A stretch of 16,284 nt of DNA from Candidatus Poribacteria bacterium (lineage in GTDB: Bacteria > Poribacteria > WGA-4E > UBA9662), in contig JAYZAL010000057.1 in NCBI GenBank assembly GCA_036339735.1, forward strand, positions 1 to 16,284, written 5' to 3'. Below, one piece after another: positions 1-7,135 of the stretch. The notes beneath the pieces were generated by a model. The model was not told the DNA's origin, ran no database searches, and saw nothing but the letters and a program-made list of their open reading frames with translations. The position numbers and the translations under genes are program-made. The stretch's first letter is position 1, and each line of letters opens with the position of its first letter.

Positions 1-653
1 TCTAGTTCGTTACCGTGAAGACTTTCCCCCACACTTTTGTCCTCCAATAAATTACTCGCTTTGGATGGTATCGGATCAGTTTCATTTGAATCAGCGTCTA
101 CATTCACGAGAGTATCCAAGATCTTCTGCTTGGGGAATTCAGAATTCGATAATTGCTTTTGATTATCGCGGCTATCTGTATTCAGTTCAGTTTGCCCAGA
201 ATTGAGTTGTATATTTTGTTCGATTTTTTCTTTCTGGCTAGTAACAAAAATTTCTAAATCTTTAGCTTGTTCTGCTTCTGTAGCTGATTTGTGCCTGAAA
301 TCCAATTTTGTCTCTATATTCGTATTTCGAAGAGATTCTCCATCAGTAGTTAGTGAGGTTGGAAAAATGCCCTCATCTGATAAAAGATCAACTCCTAACT
401 CAGTTTCTGGCTGATCCCCGGAATCTTCCACCTCCGACTCCTCAAATAATGCACCCTCATCTGATAAAAGATCAACTCCTAACTCAGTTTCTAGCTGATC
501 CCCGGAATCTTCCACCTCCGACTCCTCAAAACTCAGTCGGTATCCTCTCCGTTCTAGGTGTTTGACTAACTCCTCAACAGTCAAGTTCTGCCGAGTTTGA
601 TCATAATAACCCCTTAAAATAGTATCGAATTGGTGGCGATTAACTTGCATCAT
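1..653 (-). CDS. Hypothetical protein with long acidic, low-complexity region; 3' end runs off the window (not in ORF track)
   Basis: My translation: ATG ATG at 653/650 overlaps the TGA of the upstream gene (ATGA/TGATG coupling). The frame is open to base 1: MQVNRHQFDTILRGYYDQTRQNLTVEELVKHLERRGYRLSFEESEVEDSGDQLETELGVDLLSDEG...LHGNEL, at least 216 codons without a stop. Confidence 0.85.
   Translation of the reverse strand, partial: MMQVNRHQFDTILRGYYDQTRQNLTVEELVKHLERRGYRLSFEESEVEDSGDQLETELGVDLLSDEGALFEESEVEDSGDQPETELGVDLLSDEGIFPTSLTTDGESLRNTNIETKLDFRHKSATEAEQAKDLEIFVTSQKEKIEQNIQLNSGQTELNTDSRDNQKQLSNSEFPKQKILDTLVNVDADSNETDPIPSKASNLLEDKSVGESLHGNEL
370..530. repeat. Direct repeat, two 77-bp copies with an 84-bp (28-codon) period, inside the CDS
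   Basis: 370-446 and 454-530 are identical except one base (ctggctg vs ctagctg). They encode FEESEVEDSGDQ(L/P)ETELGVDLLSDEG twice on the minus strand. Confidence 0.97.
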
Positions 654-2527
654 TTGCTCAGTGTTTTTTCGATAATTTCATCTAAAATTTCTGTTTGAAT
701 AGGTGAATCTGTATTTCTTTGACTATCGTCTTCAGGCTTTATTGCTTCTGTAGAGTCAAATTGATTTTTCTCACTTTTTATGACCGATTTGAATGACTCA
801 TTTCCCTCTAAATCATCAAGTCCTAAATCCAAATTATCCAGATCTAAATCATCAAATTTCTGATCTAGATCTTCGAGATCAAGTACATCAGCTCCGCCAA
901 AATCATCAAAATCAACTTCTTGGTCTGCCTCATAGAAATTTTCCGAGACTGAATCATTCACTTCACTAAATTCACTGTCGAAAACATCTATATCCGGTGA
1001 TTCATCTTCAATCTCGCTCTGGGATTCGGAAATCAGTTGTAGGATATCGTCATGGGAGACGCTTAAGTCTTCTAACTGTTTTTCTAATTCTTCGTCAGAT
1101 ACAGAGTAGTTTTCGGGCAAACTCGCCTCTATTTTTTCATTCTCTGTTTTATCTATTGATTGTTGGTCGTTTAGAGGTTTTTCGAAATCTGTAGGTATTG
1201 GAGCAGCTAGTGATGGATTACCCCGTGATCCAGTATAAACGTCACGAATTGGTAGGTCATTAGCCATGAAGAAATCGATGCTGTCTTGTTTTTCTTGTTT
1301 TTTCGCACTGACGAACATTAATCCACCAGTAGTTATTCCCCCAACAACTAGGAGTAAAGCCAACAACACTGGAAAAATAGAACTAGAATGAGACGGTATA
1401 ATCGAAAGTCTATGGCGGGGTTGCAAAACTACATAGGCTGAGTTTGGCTGAATCGTAATGTAATATGTACCAATTTCACTAGGCTTATAGATAGTACTGA
1501 ATGAAGATTTTTTTGTTAAATTATCAGCAGTCAGTTGGATCCTATTTTGTTGATTGTTCGGTTGTCTTACCGTTGCATATAGAACATCTAAATCAAGATT
1601 ATTAACTGAATTCGGCTTTTCACTATCAATTATTTTAACGGATAATTCTATGCCCTCATTAGGCGTAGCCGGAATTTCTTCGACAGAAAAACTTAACTGA
1701 GGTAGATTCGGATTCACTTCAGTTTTTGTACTAACCAACTGCGTAATCTGGTCAACATTACGGAACATAACCTCCCAGTCGCCTAGTACTGGCGTCGGAA
1801 CAGTGAAAAGCTTAAAGTTTTTTGATTCAGCATAATGATAAACAAACTGATTTTGACTATCTCTTAACTCTAATTCTGGCATGTCTATTTGGTTAGTGCT
1901 GAAAAAATATTGTATTTGCAATTCGACAATCCTTGGATCATGGATCAAAAAGCTCGATGTGCCGAAGTTTTCAAGACTAATTGATTGAACAATCGCCACT
2001 TCAAAGCCCTGAATCTGATTGATAATTTGTGCCATTTGGGTCAATACTGCAATCTTATCCTGCCCAGACTTAATAGTGATTACTTCAACATTTACGTCAC
2101 CGGTAGATAAGTTAACGGTTGCGGCATGCTGGGTTAAAATAATAATAGACTTAGGTCCTGTACTCGTTCGTTGATTGATAATAGACCGAAGTGCACTAGA
2201 AAGTTCAATCGTCGTTGTAGATAAATTGTGCTGATATTTTTTAAGGCGTTCCTTCAGCGATATTTTCTGGCGAAATCCACCGTCTAAAACTTCATCAATC
2301 AGTGGTTCACCGGGTTGAGATAAATCGATTACGGTCAGGTGGTTACCTGCATTCATTTGTTCGATTGATAATTCGACTCCCAGCCAACGATAGCCTGTAC
2401 GATCCACCTGTTGTGTCTGCGACGAGTTATCGACAACTACAATCAAGCCAATTTCACTCTCAACAGAAACAGCAATCCAGCAAAAGATAAGAAATAAAAC
2501 TTTAATATTCAACTTTCGAAAATACAC
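650..2527 (-). CDS. Single-pass membrane protein: signal peptide, degenerate VWA-like domain, beta-rich (Ig-like) region, TM helix, acidic cytoplasmic tail
   Basis: 625-aa ORF. N-terminal basic+hydrophobic signal (MYFRKLNIKVLFLIFCWIAVSVES). LIVVVDNSSQ resembles VWA beta1-DxSxS and KSIIILTQ resembles the IILLTDG strand. TM IFPVLLALLLVVGGITTGGLMFV followed by KKQEK. The C-terminal ~200 aa are D/E-rich. Confidence 0.75.
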   Translation of the reverse strand: MYFRKLNIKVLFLIFCWIAVSVESEIGLIVVVDNSSQTQQVDRTGYRWLGVELSIEQMNAGNHLTVIDLSQPGEPLIDEVLDGGFRQKISLKERLKKYQHNLSTTTIELSSALRSIINQRTSTGPKSIIILTQHAATVNLSTGDVNVEVITIKSGQDKIAVLTQMAQIINQIQGFEVAIVQSISLENFGTSSFLIHDPRIVELQIQYFFSTNQIDMPELELRDSQNQFVYHYAESKNFKLFTVPTPVLGDWEVMFRNVDQITQLVSTKTEVNPNLPQLSFSVEEIPATPNEGIELSVKIIDSEKPNSVNNLDLDVLYATVRQPNNQQNRIQLTADNLTKKSSFSTIYKPSEIGTYYITIQPNSAYVVLQPRHRLSIIPSHSSSIFPVLLALLLVVGGITTGGLMFVSAKKQEKQDSIDFFMANDLPIRDVYTGSRGNPSLAAPIPTDFEKPLNDQQSIDKTENEKIEASLPENYSVSDEELEKQLEDLSVSHDDILQLISESQSEIEDESPDIDVFDSEFSEVNDSVSENFYEADQEVDFDDFGGADVLDLEDLDQKFDDLDLDNLDLGLDDLEGNESFKSVIKSEKNQFDSTEAIKPEDDSQRNTDSPIQTEILDEIIEKTLSK

Positions 2528-2563
2528 GAGCGAACTATGGCGAAATCTTGGGGTTTAACTTAT

Positions 2564-3031
2564 CTACGTAGTCAATGACAATTGGGCTTCAATCTTATTT
2601 AGAATTTTTTGAGCAATATCAATGGTCACGGCAAGTTCTATTTTGTGTCCTGACTCAGAAACTAAAATTAATATATTGGAACGAGTAAACAAAATATTTC
2701 GTTCGGCGCGCCACGTACAGTCGGCGGTTAGTACACCGGTTTCAGGTTGATAGACAGACTGTCGAGTACCATTTATAAATCGTTGACGTGTCGATATACG
2801 ATTTATAGAAAGTTCACCAACTCGTATTGCTTCCGCCGCTGACGTGAACCCCCAGTAATTCAAAGATAAATTCTGTGCGGAAGTTTTATGCAGCCACCAC
2901 CGGTCGCGCCAGCCAAAATTACACTCACTTGGTTTAGGCGCAACCGGAGATAGCAAAGCTTGAGATGAAGAATATCTGGGGCTATACTGCACTAAATCTT
3001 CAAATGTTAATCGAACTTGGTCAAGTACCAC
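2564..3031 (-). CDS. Hypothetical protein (155 aa)
   Basis: GTG start preceded by AAAAGGA (SD-like). Co-oriented 36 bp upstream of the next gene. Globular-looking composition with a C-terminal amphipathic helix (IDIAQKILNKIEAQL). No family recognised. Confidence 0.7.
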   Translation of the reverse strand: MVLDQVRLTFEDLVQYSPRYSSSQALLSPVAPKPSECNFGWRDRWWLHKTSAQNLSLNYWGFTSAAEAIRVGELSINRISTRQRFINGTRQSVYQPETGVLTADCTWRAERNILFTRSNILILVSESGHKIELAVTIDIAQKILNKIEAQLSLTT

Positions 3032-3057
3032 TAAATTTCCTTTTTACCACTAAATTT
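3026..3057. repeat. 13-bp perfect direct repeat (TACCACTAAATTT x2, 19-bp period) bracketing the ribosome-binding site
   Basis: Copies at 3026-3038 and 3045-3057. The spacer CCTTTT is the SD AAAAGG on the minus strand, and the first copy contains the GTG start. Confidence 0.8.
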
Positions 3058-3079
3058 GTTCAATCCATCAACCGAAATC

Positions 3080-3088
3080 ATTTTAGCA
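3080..3088 (-). promoter_or_regulatory. Putative extended -10 promoter element (TGcTAAAAT) for the leftward operon
   Basis: Minus strand reads TGCTAAAAT about 50 nt upstream of the GTG at 3031, in the divergent intergenic region. No well-spaced -35 found. Confidence 0.35.
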
Positions 3089-3228
3089 CAGCTAATTGCG
3101 CTGGGACCAATTGAAAAACGGCACAGAAAATACGTGTTAGAGTAATTTTTAATTGAACCAGATAGGATTGGATGTTATTTTATAGCACGTCGGTGTAATC
3201 TTAAATATTTTTGCGAAAGGTAATATCC

Positions 3229-3627
3229 ATGAAATTGAGGCCGTACGACCACTACAAGCCGGTAGCAGGAATTCCAGACGAAATATCACACAAGAAGAGA
3301 AAACCGAAATCTTTGGCAGTCGTTGATGACGGAAATTGCACAGGATGTCAGGTTTGTGTACCTTTCTGCCCTGTGGACTGTATCGAGCCTACGCCAGCCG
3401 AAGAGCACACTTTTAGTTCTCCTATTCCACCCGTCAGGGTTCGGTACAATGAATGTATCGGTTGTGCAATATGCGCTAGAGTCTGTACAAAGTTGACTTG
3501 GGATGCGATACACATGTTACCCTTATCTGATTTTCAGTCCATGTTTCCCGATGTCGAAATCACTGATAATTTCGTGCCAAACACGGAAGACTCCAGCAAG
3601 GGAGACTCACCAGTAATCGAAATTTAA
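3229..3627 (+). CDS. 2[4Fe-4S] dicluster ferredoxin
   Basis: Motifs CTGCQVCVPFCP and CIGCAICARVCT, plus VDCI and WDAI flanks. ATG at 3229 follows GAAAGG (SD) and is preferred over the TTG at 3211. Confidence 0.93.
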   Translation: MKLRPYDHYKPVAGIPDEISHKKRKPKSLAVVDDGNCTGCQVCVPFCPVDCIEPTPAEEHTFSSPIPPVRVRYNECIGCAICARVCTKLTWDAIHMLPLSDFQSMFPDVEITDNFVPNTEDSSKGDSPVIEI

Positions 3628-3672
3628 ACTCCTGTTAGACCTCACCGAAACGAGGTTCCGTTTTAATTTATT

Positions 3673-4161
3673 GTGTGGTTTTTCATGTATGCCTGTTATT
3701 TATTGACAGGTGTCTCTTTCGCTTCTCTGTTGGTTACGGGCCTTCAAGGCTATTTTAGCTTTGATGTATTTGGGTTACCGATTCTTCAGTTTGCACTACT
3801 GACATCCATTACCTACCTTTTTACTCAAACTCTAATCATCTTCTTCTTTGTCGGTACAGGCGTTAGCTTAAAAGAATTCGCTCAAATGCATGATCTCACG
3901 GAGGACTTTCACCGACGTTCCATTTCTATTAAGAGAATCATCTACCCTCCAACTCTTTTAAATATGGTGTTAGTGTGTACGTGGTTTTGTCTGTTAGGGG
4001 CCGTGCAGACTGAAGCAATTCCAGCGTGGATACATGGCGTTCTATTTCCTCTAACTTGGCTGCATTTCGCACGGACAATCGTAATCCAACACCGCTGTTT
4101 TCGGGACAACACACAAATTTTCTACGATCTGGCCGAACTAGACTTAGAAACAAACGCCTAA
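3673..4161 (+). CDS. Integral membrane protein of unknown function (~4 TM helices)
   Basis: 162-aa ORF with four hydrophobic segments, an FFFVGTGVSLKE motif after TM2 and WIHG...LHF in TM4. Lies 45 bp downstream of the ferredoxin. Confidence 0.85.
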   Translation: MWFFMYACYLLTGVSFASLLVTGLQGYFSFDVFGLPILQFALLTSITYLFTQTLIIFFFVGTGVSLKEFAQMHDLTEDFHRRSISIKRIIYPPTLLNMVLVCTWFCLLGAVQTEAIPAWIHGVLFPLTWLHFARTIVIQHRCFRDNTQIFYDLAELDLETNA

Positions 4162-4168
4162 ATATCAA

Positions 4169-4330
4169 ATGTTATTTTATGTTAGCAAAGCTATTCAGGC
4201 TAGTGGGCTGATGGCAATCGCCATAGGGTTCGTAACCAAGTTCCCGAAAGTGATGGATATTCGACTATGGGGAGTTGGTTTGCTGATTTTTGGAGTCGGT
4301 TGGTTTTTGGAACGTTTCTTTTTGAAGTAA
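4169..4330 (+). CDS. Small 2-TM membrane protein (53 aa; below ORF-track cutoff)
   Basis: My translation: MLFYVSKAIQASGLMAIAIGFVTKFPKVMDIRLWGVGLLIFGVGWFLERFFLK*. Starts 7 bp after the previous stop and has a hydrophobic-hairpin pattern. Confidence 0.8.
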   Translation: MLFYVSKAIQASGLMAIAIGFVTKFPKVMDIRLWGVGLLIFGVGWFLERFFLK

Positions 4331-4356
4331 AACAATACCAGATTAAGTTAGATTAG

Positions 4357-4479
4357 ATGAAAAAAATTATCAAGTTTGACACAGGAAAGAAAGGATTTGA
4401 GCGGGCCGCCTACTTGTTATTAACTATCGCAATTGCCTTATTAGTGATAGCTGTCGTGTTTCTCAAAGCCTTTTTCTAG
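4357..4479 (+). CDS. Small single-TM membrane protein (40 aa; below ORF-track cutoff)
   Basis: My translation: MKKIIKFDTGKKGFERAAYLLLTIAIALLVIAVVFLKAFF*. Lys-rich N-terminus then a ~20-aa hydrophobic helix. Its TAG (4477-4479) overlaps the TAG of the convergent gene (4476-4478) in a CTAG. Confidence 0.7.
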   Translation: MKKIIKFDTGKKGFERAAYLLLTIAIALLVIAVVFLKAFF

Positions 4480-6419
4480 TGAGGTAATCCCCAGTAGCTG
4501 ACTTTGGTAAACAGGCCAACAAAAATCCAAAATGCCGACATCAAATATTCACCCAATATCAATCCAAGAAATAGTGGTTGGAAGCGGCGATAAGCGCCAA
4601 CACCAAAGCACTTTAGCATGAGGATTTTACATTTCCACCCTAACAAAGTCGAAAACCATAGGTGATGAGGAGCATAGGTAACACCAACGATGTAACCAAT
4701 GGGATGAAACGGCCACCACAAAAATCGTTGTCTCATAAACAAAAGAAACGCAGCCCAAGTTCCACCAAGGAACGCACTTAATATCCCAGATAAACTTGGG
4801 CCATATGGGTTTTGAGTGGCTACATACGCTTTTTCTAAGCCGCTTCGCCCAAACCAATTGTATACCCAACCTTCCAAACTAGATGCTCCCTGATAGTAGA
4901 TGAACTTGAGTGAAGAAATGAAAGCTACACCAATTGCAATTAAAAGTGAGAAGACCATTAAAAAAATTAGTTTTGATTGGTACTCTCGAGCCTCTCTCAA
5001 TAAACGTAAGCTTTGCATGGCATAAGGCATCAGCGACTCAGAAGACCAGTGCGAATGTACTGAACGGTCGAAAGCCATCAGTGTTAGGTTTCTTCGGCTA
5101 AAGGCACGAGATCCAAACAAAGTCGTAAAAAAAGAAAATGGCGACAAACCGACATTCACCAGTAACATACCGGCGTTAGCTACCATCCAACAGGTGATAC
5201 TTGCTAAACTCAGCAATAGAATAAAAAATAAAATAACGACATGCGGAGACATACCTACCCAGCATAGTAAAATTGAAAAGCTTATGCTACTCATTAAAAA
5301 ACCAACTACAGCTGATCGGTGGGGTATTACTTCGCTCGGCAACTGGTGAGATTCCCGCTGGTTTATAGCGCACCGAAATACTGATATTAAGTGTCTACGA
5401 CCCATCCACGCTAGGAAAACAACTAAAACAATATCAGCTCCAATTACCTGCTGTTGAGTTGAAACTCCTCTGACCGAAAAAGCGGAAAATATCACTTCCT
5501 GTAGCTTGTAAAATAGGAAGAAAAACCACAGACTAAACGAGACATCTAACTGTAAAAAATAGGTGACACCAATCACCGACAGGTAAATACGACCCCACAA
5601 AGGCCAAGCTTGAACCAAGGCTGACCAAGGCTTTTCGGGAAACCAATTGTTAAAACTATAAGAAAGTCTGAAATGGGGAATAGCTGGATTATATCGGTGT
5701 AGACCATTCAAAATGTGAATTAGAAGAGCCGTAGATAACCCTAGCCAAAATAACCGATGACGAAGGAGTCGGTTCAGAATTTGCCCGTTACCCTCGGGTT
5801 GCGCGATCATTATTTTTGGAATCTGGACTAGTGGAAATGGGTAACGCTCTTTTTCTACCCACTGACGACGAATGATAACACTCCAAAAAATAATGATCAG
5901 AGAAAAACTAAGACTAATTGCTAGCCAAAATGTAATGGGCTTGGCCCAAGTACTCCAAGGAACTAAGCTCTCTCCAGCGTAAAAATCCTGAACTGCCTGG
6001 ATATCGGAAATATAGGCCCAATTTGGTATGTTAGGAAGTAAAAGTGATTTCCACTCATTTTGATCGGTAGCATTATGTAAGGGGGCAACCAGGATCGGAA
6101 AAAGGAACTCCATCATTCCATACCCAGGTACGGCCGAAGCTACTGAAACCATAATCCAAATTATAACTAGCTCTGCTTCTGAAAATGTCGTTACAACTTG
6201 GGTTTTGTGGATTAATGGATTAATTACTAAAACCAGTAAAGTTAGGAAAAAAAGCCCACCCAGAGGCAAATGGTTGGCAATTAATTGACCTATACTGTTA
6301 CTGTGGATGTAGCCTGCTACAGCACTTTGAAAGATAACCCACAACAAACCGACCAGAATGGCGCGAAGGGGTAGTTTAGAATTTGGGATATATGTTTTAA
6401 TCGGTAATTCTCTCTGCAG
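4476..6419 (-). CDS. DUF6785/DUF6784-like polytopic membrane protein (putative transporter)
   Basis: 623 aa from TTG 6347, and the frame is open up to CTG 6419. Family-like motifs: RAILVG, ELVIIWIM, RRQWVEKERYPFPL, YLSVIGVTYF, SFSLWFFFL, RFLWWPFHPIGY, PLFLGLILGE. Many TM segments. Start position uncertain. Confidence 0.8.
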   Translation of the reverse strand: MQRELPIKTYIPNSKLPLRAILVGLLWVIFQSAVAGYIHSNSIGQLIANHLPLGGLFFLTLLVLVINPLIHKTQVVTTFSEAELVIIWIMVSVASAVPGYGMMEFLFPILVAPLHNATDQNEWKSLLLPNIPNWAYISDIQAVQDFYAGESLVPWSTWAKPITFWLAISLSFSLIIIFWSVIIRRQWVEKERYPFPLVQIPKIMIAQPEGNGQILNRLLRHRLFWLGLSTALLIHILNGLHRYNPAIPHFRLSYSFNNWFPEKPWSALVQAWPLWGRIYLSVIGVTYFLQLDVSFSLWFFFLFYKLQEVIFSAFSVRGVSTQQQVIGADIVLVVFLAWMGRRHLISVFRCAINQRESHQLPSEVIPHRSAVVGFLMSSISFSILLCWVGMSPHVVILFFILLLSLASITCWMVANAGMLLVNVGLSPFSFFTTLFGSRAFSRRNLTLMAFDRSVHSHWSSESLMPYAMQSLRLLREAREYQSKLIFLMVFSLLIAIGVAFISSLKFIYYQGASSLEGWVYNWFGRSGLEKAYVATQNPYGPSLSGILSAFLGGTWAAFLLFMRQRFLWWPFHPIGYIVGVTYAPHHLWFSTLLGWKCKILMLKCFGVGAYRRFQPLFLGLILGEYLMSAFWIFVGLFTKVSYWGLPH

Positions 6420-6739
6420 TTAAGTGCTTTATCAATCGTCGAAGAGCGAAGGAAAGAAAGGCGGCGGAGCGGAATGTTCAGCTAAAAGTATCTGTTGGAG
6501 AACAGTTAATCCAATACTTGTGGGAGCTTTTACTTGTCTTGACGATAAATCCATTTGTGAAATACAGTATCCGTAAAGAAGCCTTCGGTAGTTATGGCCC
6601 CTTTGCCAGTCAGAAGTTGTGTGAGTCAGACTCTCAGAGAATAATATTACAGACCTAGCATATGCTTAAGAAATTACCACACAACTAACATTTTCGCTTT
6701 GATTGAAGATTTGTTATGGTAATTTATGGCTAACTAGAA

Positions 6740-7086
6740 TACAAAAAACACATTATGATCAGAATCTGTACCACAGTCAGAATGAAAATGTAATCTATTC
6801 ATCCACTGTTTACCTGAATCCCGTAAATTCAATTTGGACGAAGCAATCACCTAACCTAAATCGTAGAACAGGCAAAGTATATGATGGTCAATCAGGTTGC
6901 AAAAAGTTTGCTCTAATCTAAAAAAGCTGATGTTTCTATTGTAACTCCCTCTATAGCACGAAAATGAAATTATTGGTCAATGAGTTCATTAAGTTGACTA
7001 ACTTCACCAGTAGTCAAGGCGTGTTTTACCATCAAATAATCTTCTAAGTCGAACAGATACTTTGATAGCTCTTGGCCACTCATCAT
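6740..7086 (-). pseudogene. Degraded phytanoyl-CoA dioxygenase (PhyH) family Fe(II)/2-oxoglutarate oxygenase, 5' portion only
   Basis: GGAG SD, then ATG 7086: MMSGQELSKYLFDLEDYLMVKHALTTGEVSQLNELIDQ* (stop 6972-6970). Further fragments in shifting frames: AFLD*SK, FCNLIDH, LPVLRFRLGDCF (6875-6840), IYGIQVNSG, RLHFHSDCG (HxD at 6784-6776). The order is collinear with PhyH-family N-terminal motifs. Confidence 0.8.
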
Positions 7087-7135
7087 CTACATCTCCAAGC
7101 ATAAAAATCAAGGTATATTAAACAACTAAACTTAA

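Noticed and set aside
370..530. Repeat considered as a CRISPR array or mobile-element end
   Set aside because: Only two long copies separated by 7 bp, in-frame within a CDS, with no spacers, cas genes or transposase.
202..565. Plus-strand ORFs 202-414 and 353-565 (the latter with a repeated PPPTPQ peptide)
   Set aside because: They are antisense shadows of the long minus-strand CDS, and the peptide repeat simply reflects the 84-bp duplication.
3639..3664. ACCTC-N8-GAGGT hairpin followed by a few Ts between the ferredoxin and membrane gene (terminator or hammerhead-like GAAAC)
   Set aside because: The stem is only 5 bp with an interrupted U-tract, and there is no CUGANGA core. Too weak to call.
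6565..6645. Glycine-riboswitch-like words (CTCTGAGAG...ACCGAAGG on the minus strand)
   Set aside because: The downstream CTCTCAGG element and supporting stems are missing. An Infernal/Rfam scan would be decisive.
6623..6670. Cluster of short palindromes (GAGTCAGACTC, TAATATTA, AGCATATGCT)
   Set aside because: Each is short enough to arise by chance in AT-rich DNA, and none matches an operator I recognise.
6703..6921. Plus-strand 72-aa ORF in the gap
   Set aside because: It is antisense to the PhyH pseudogene fragments, has a TTG start without SD, and shows no recognisable features.
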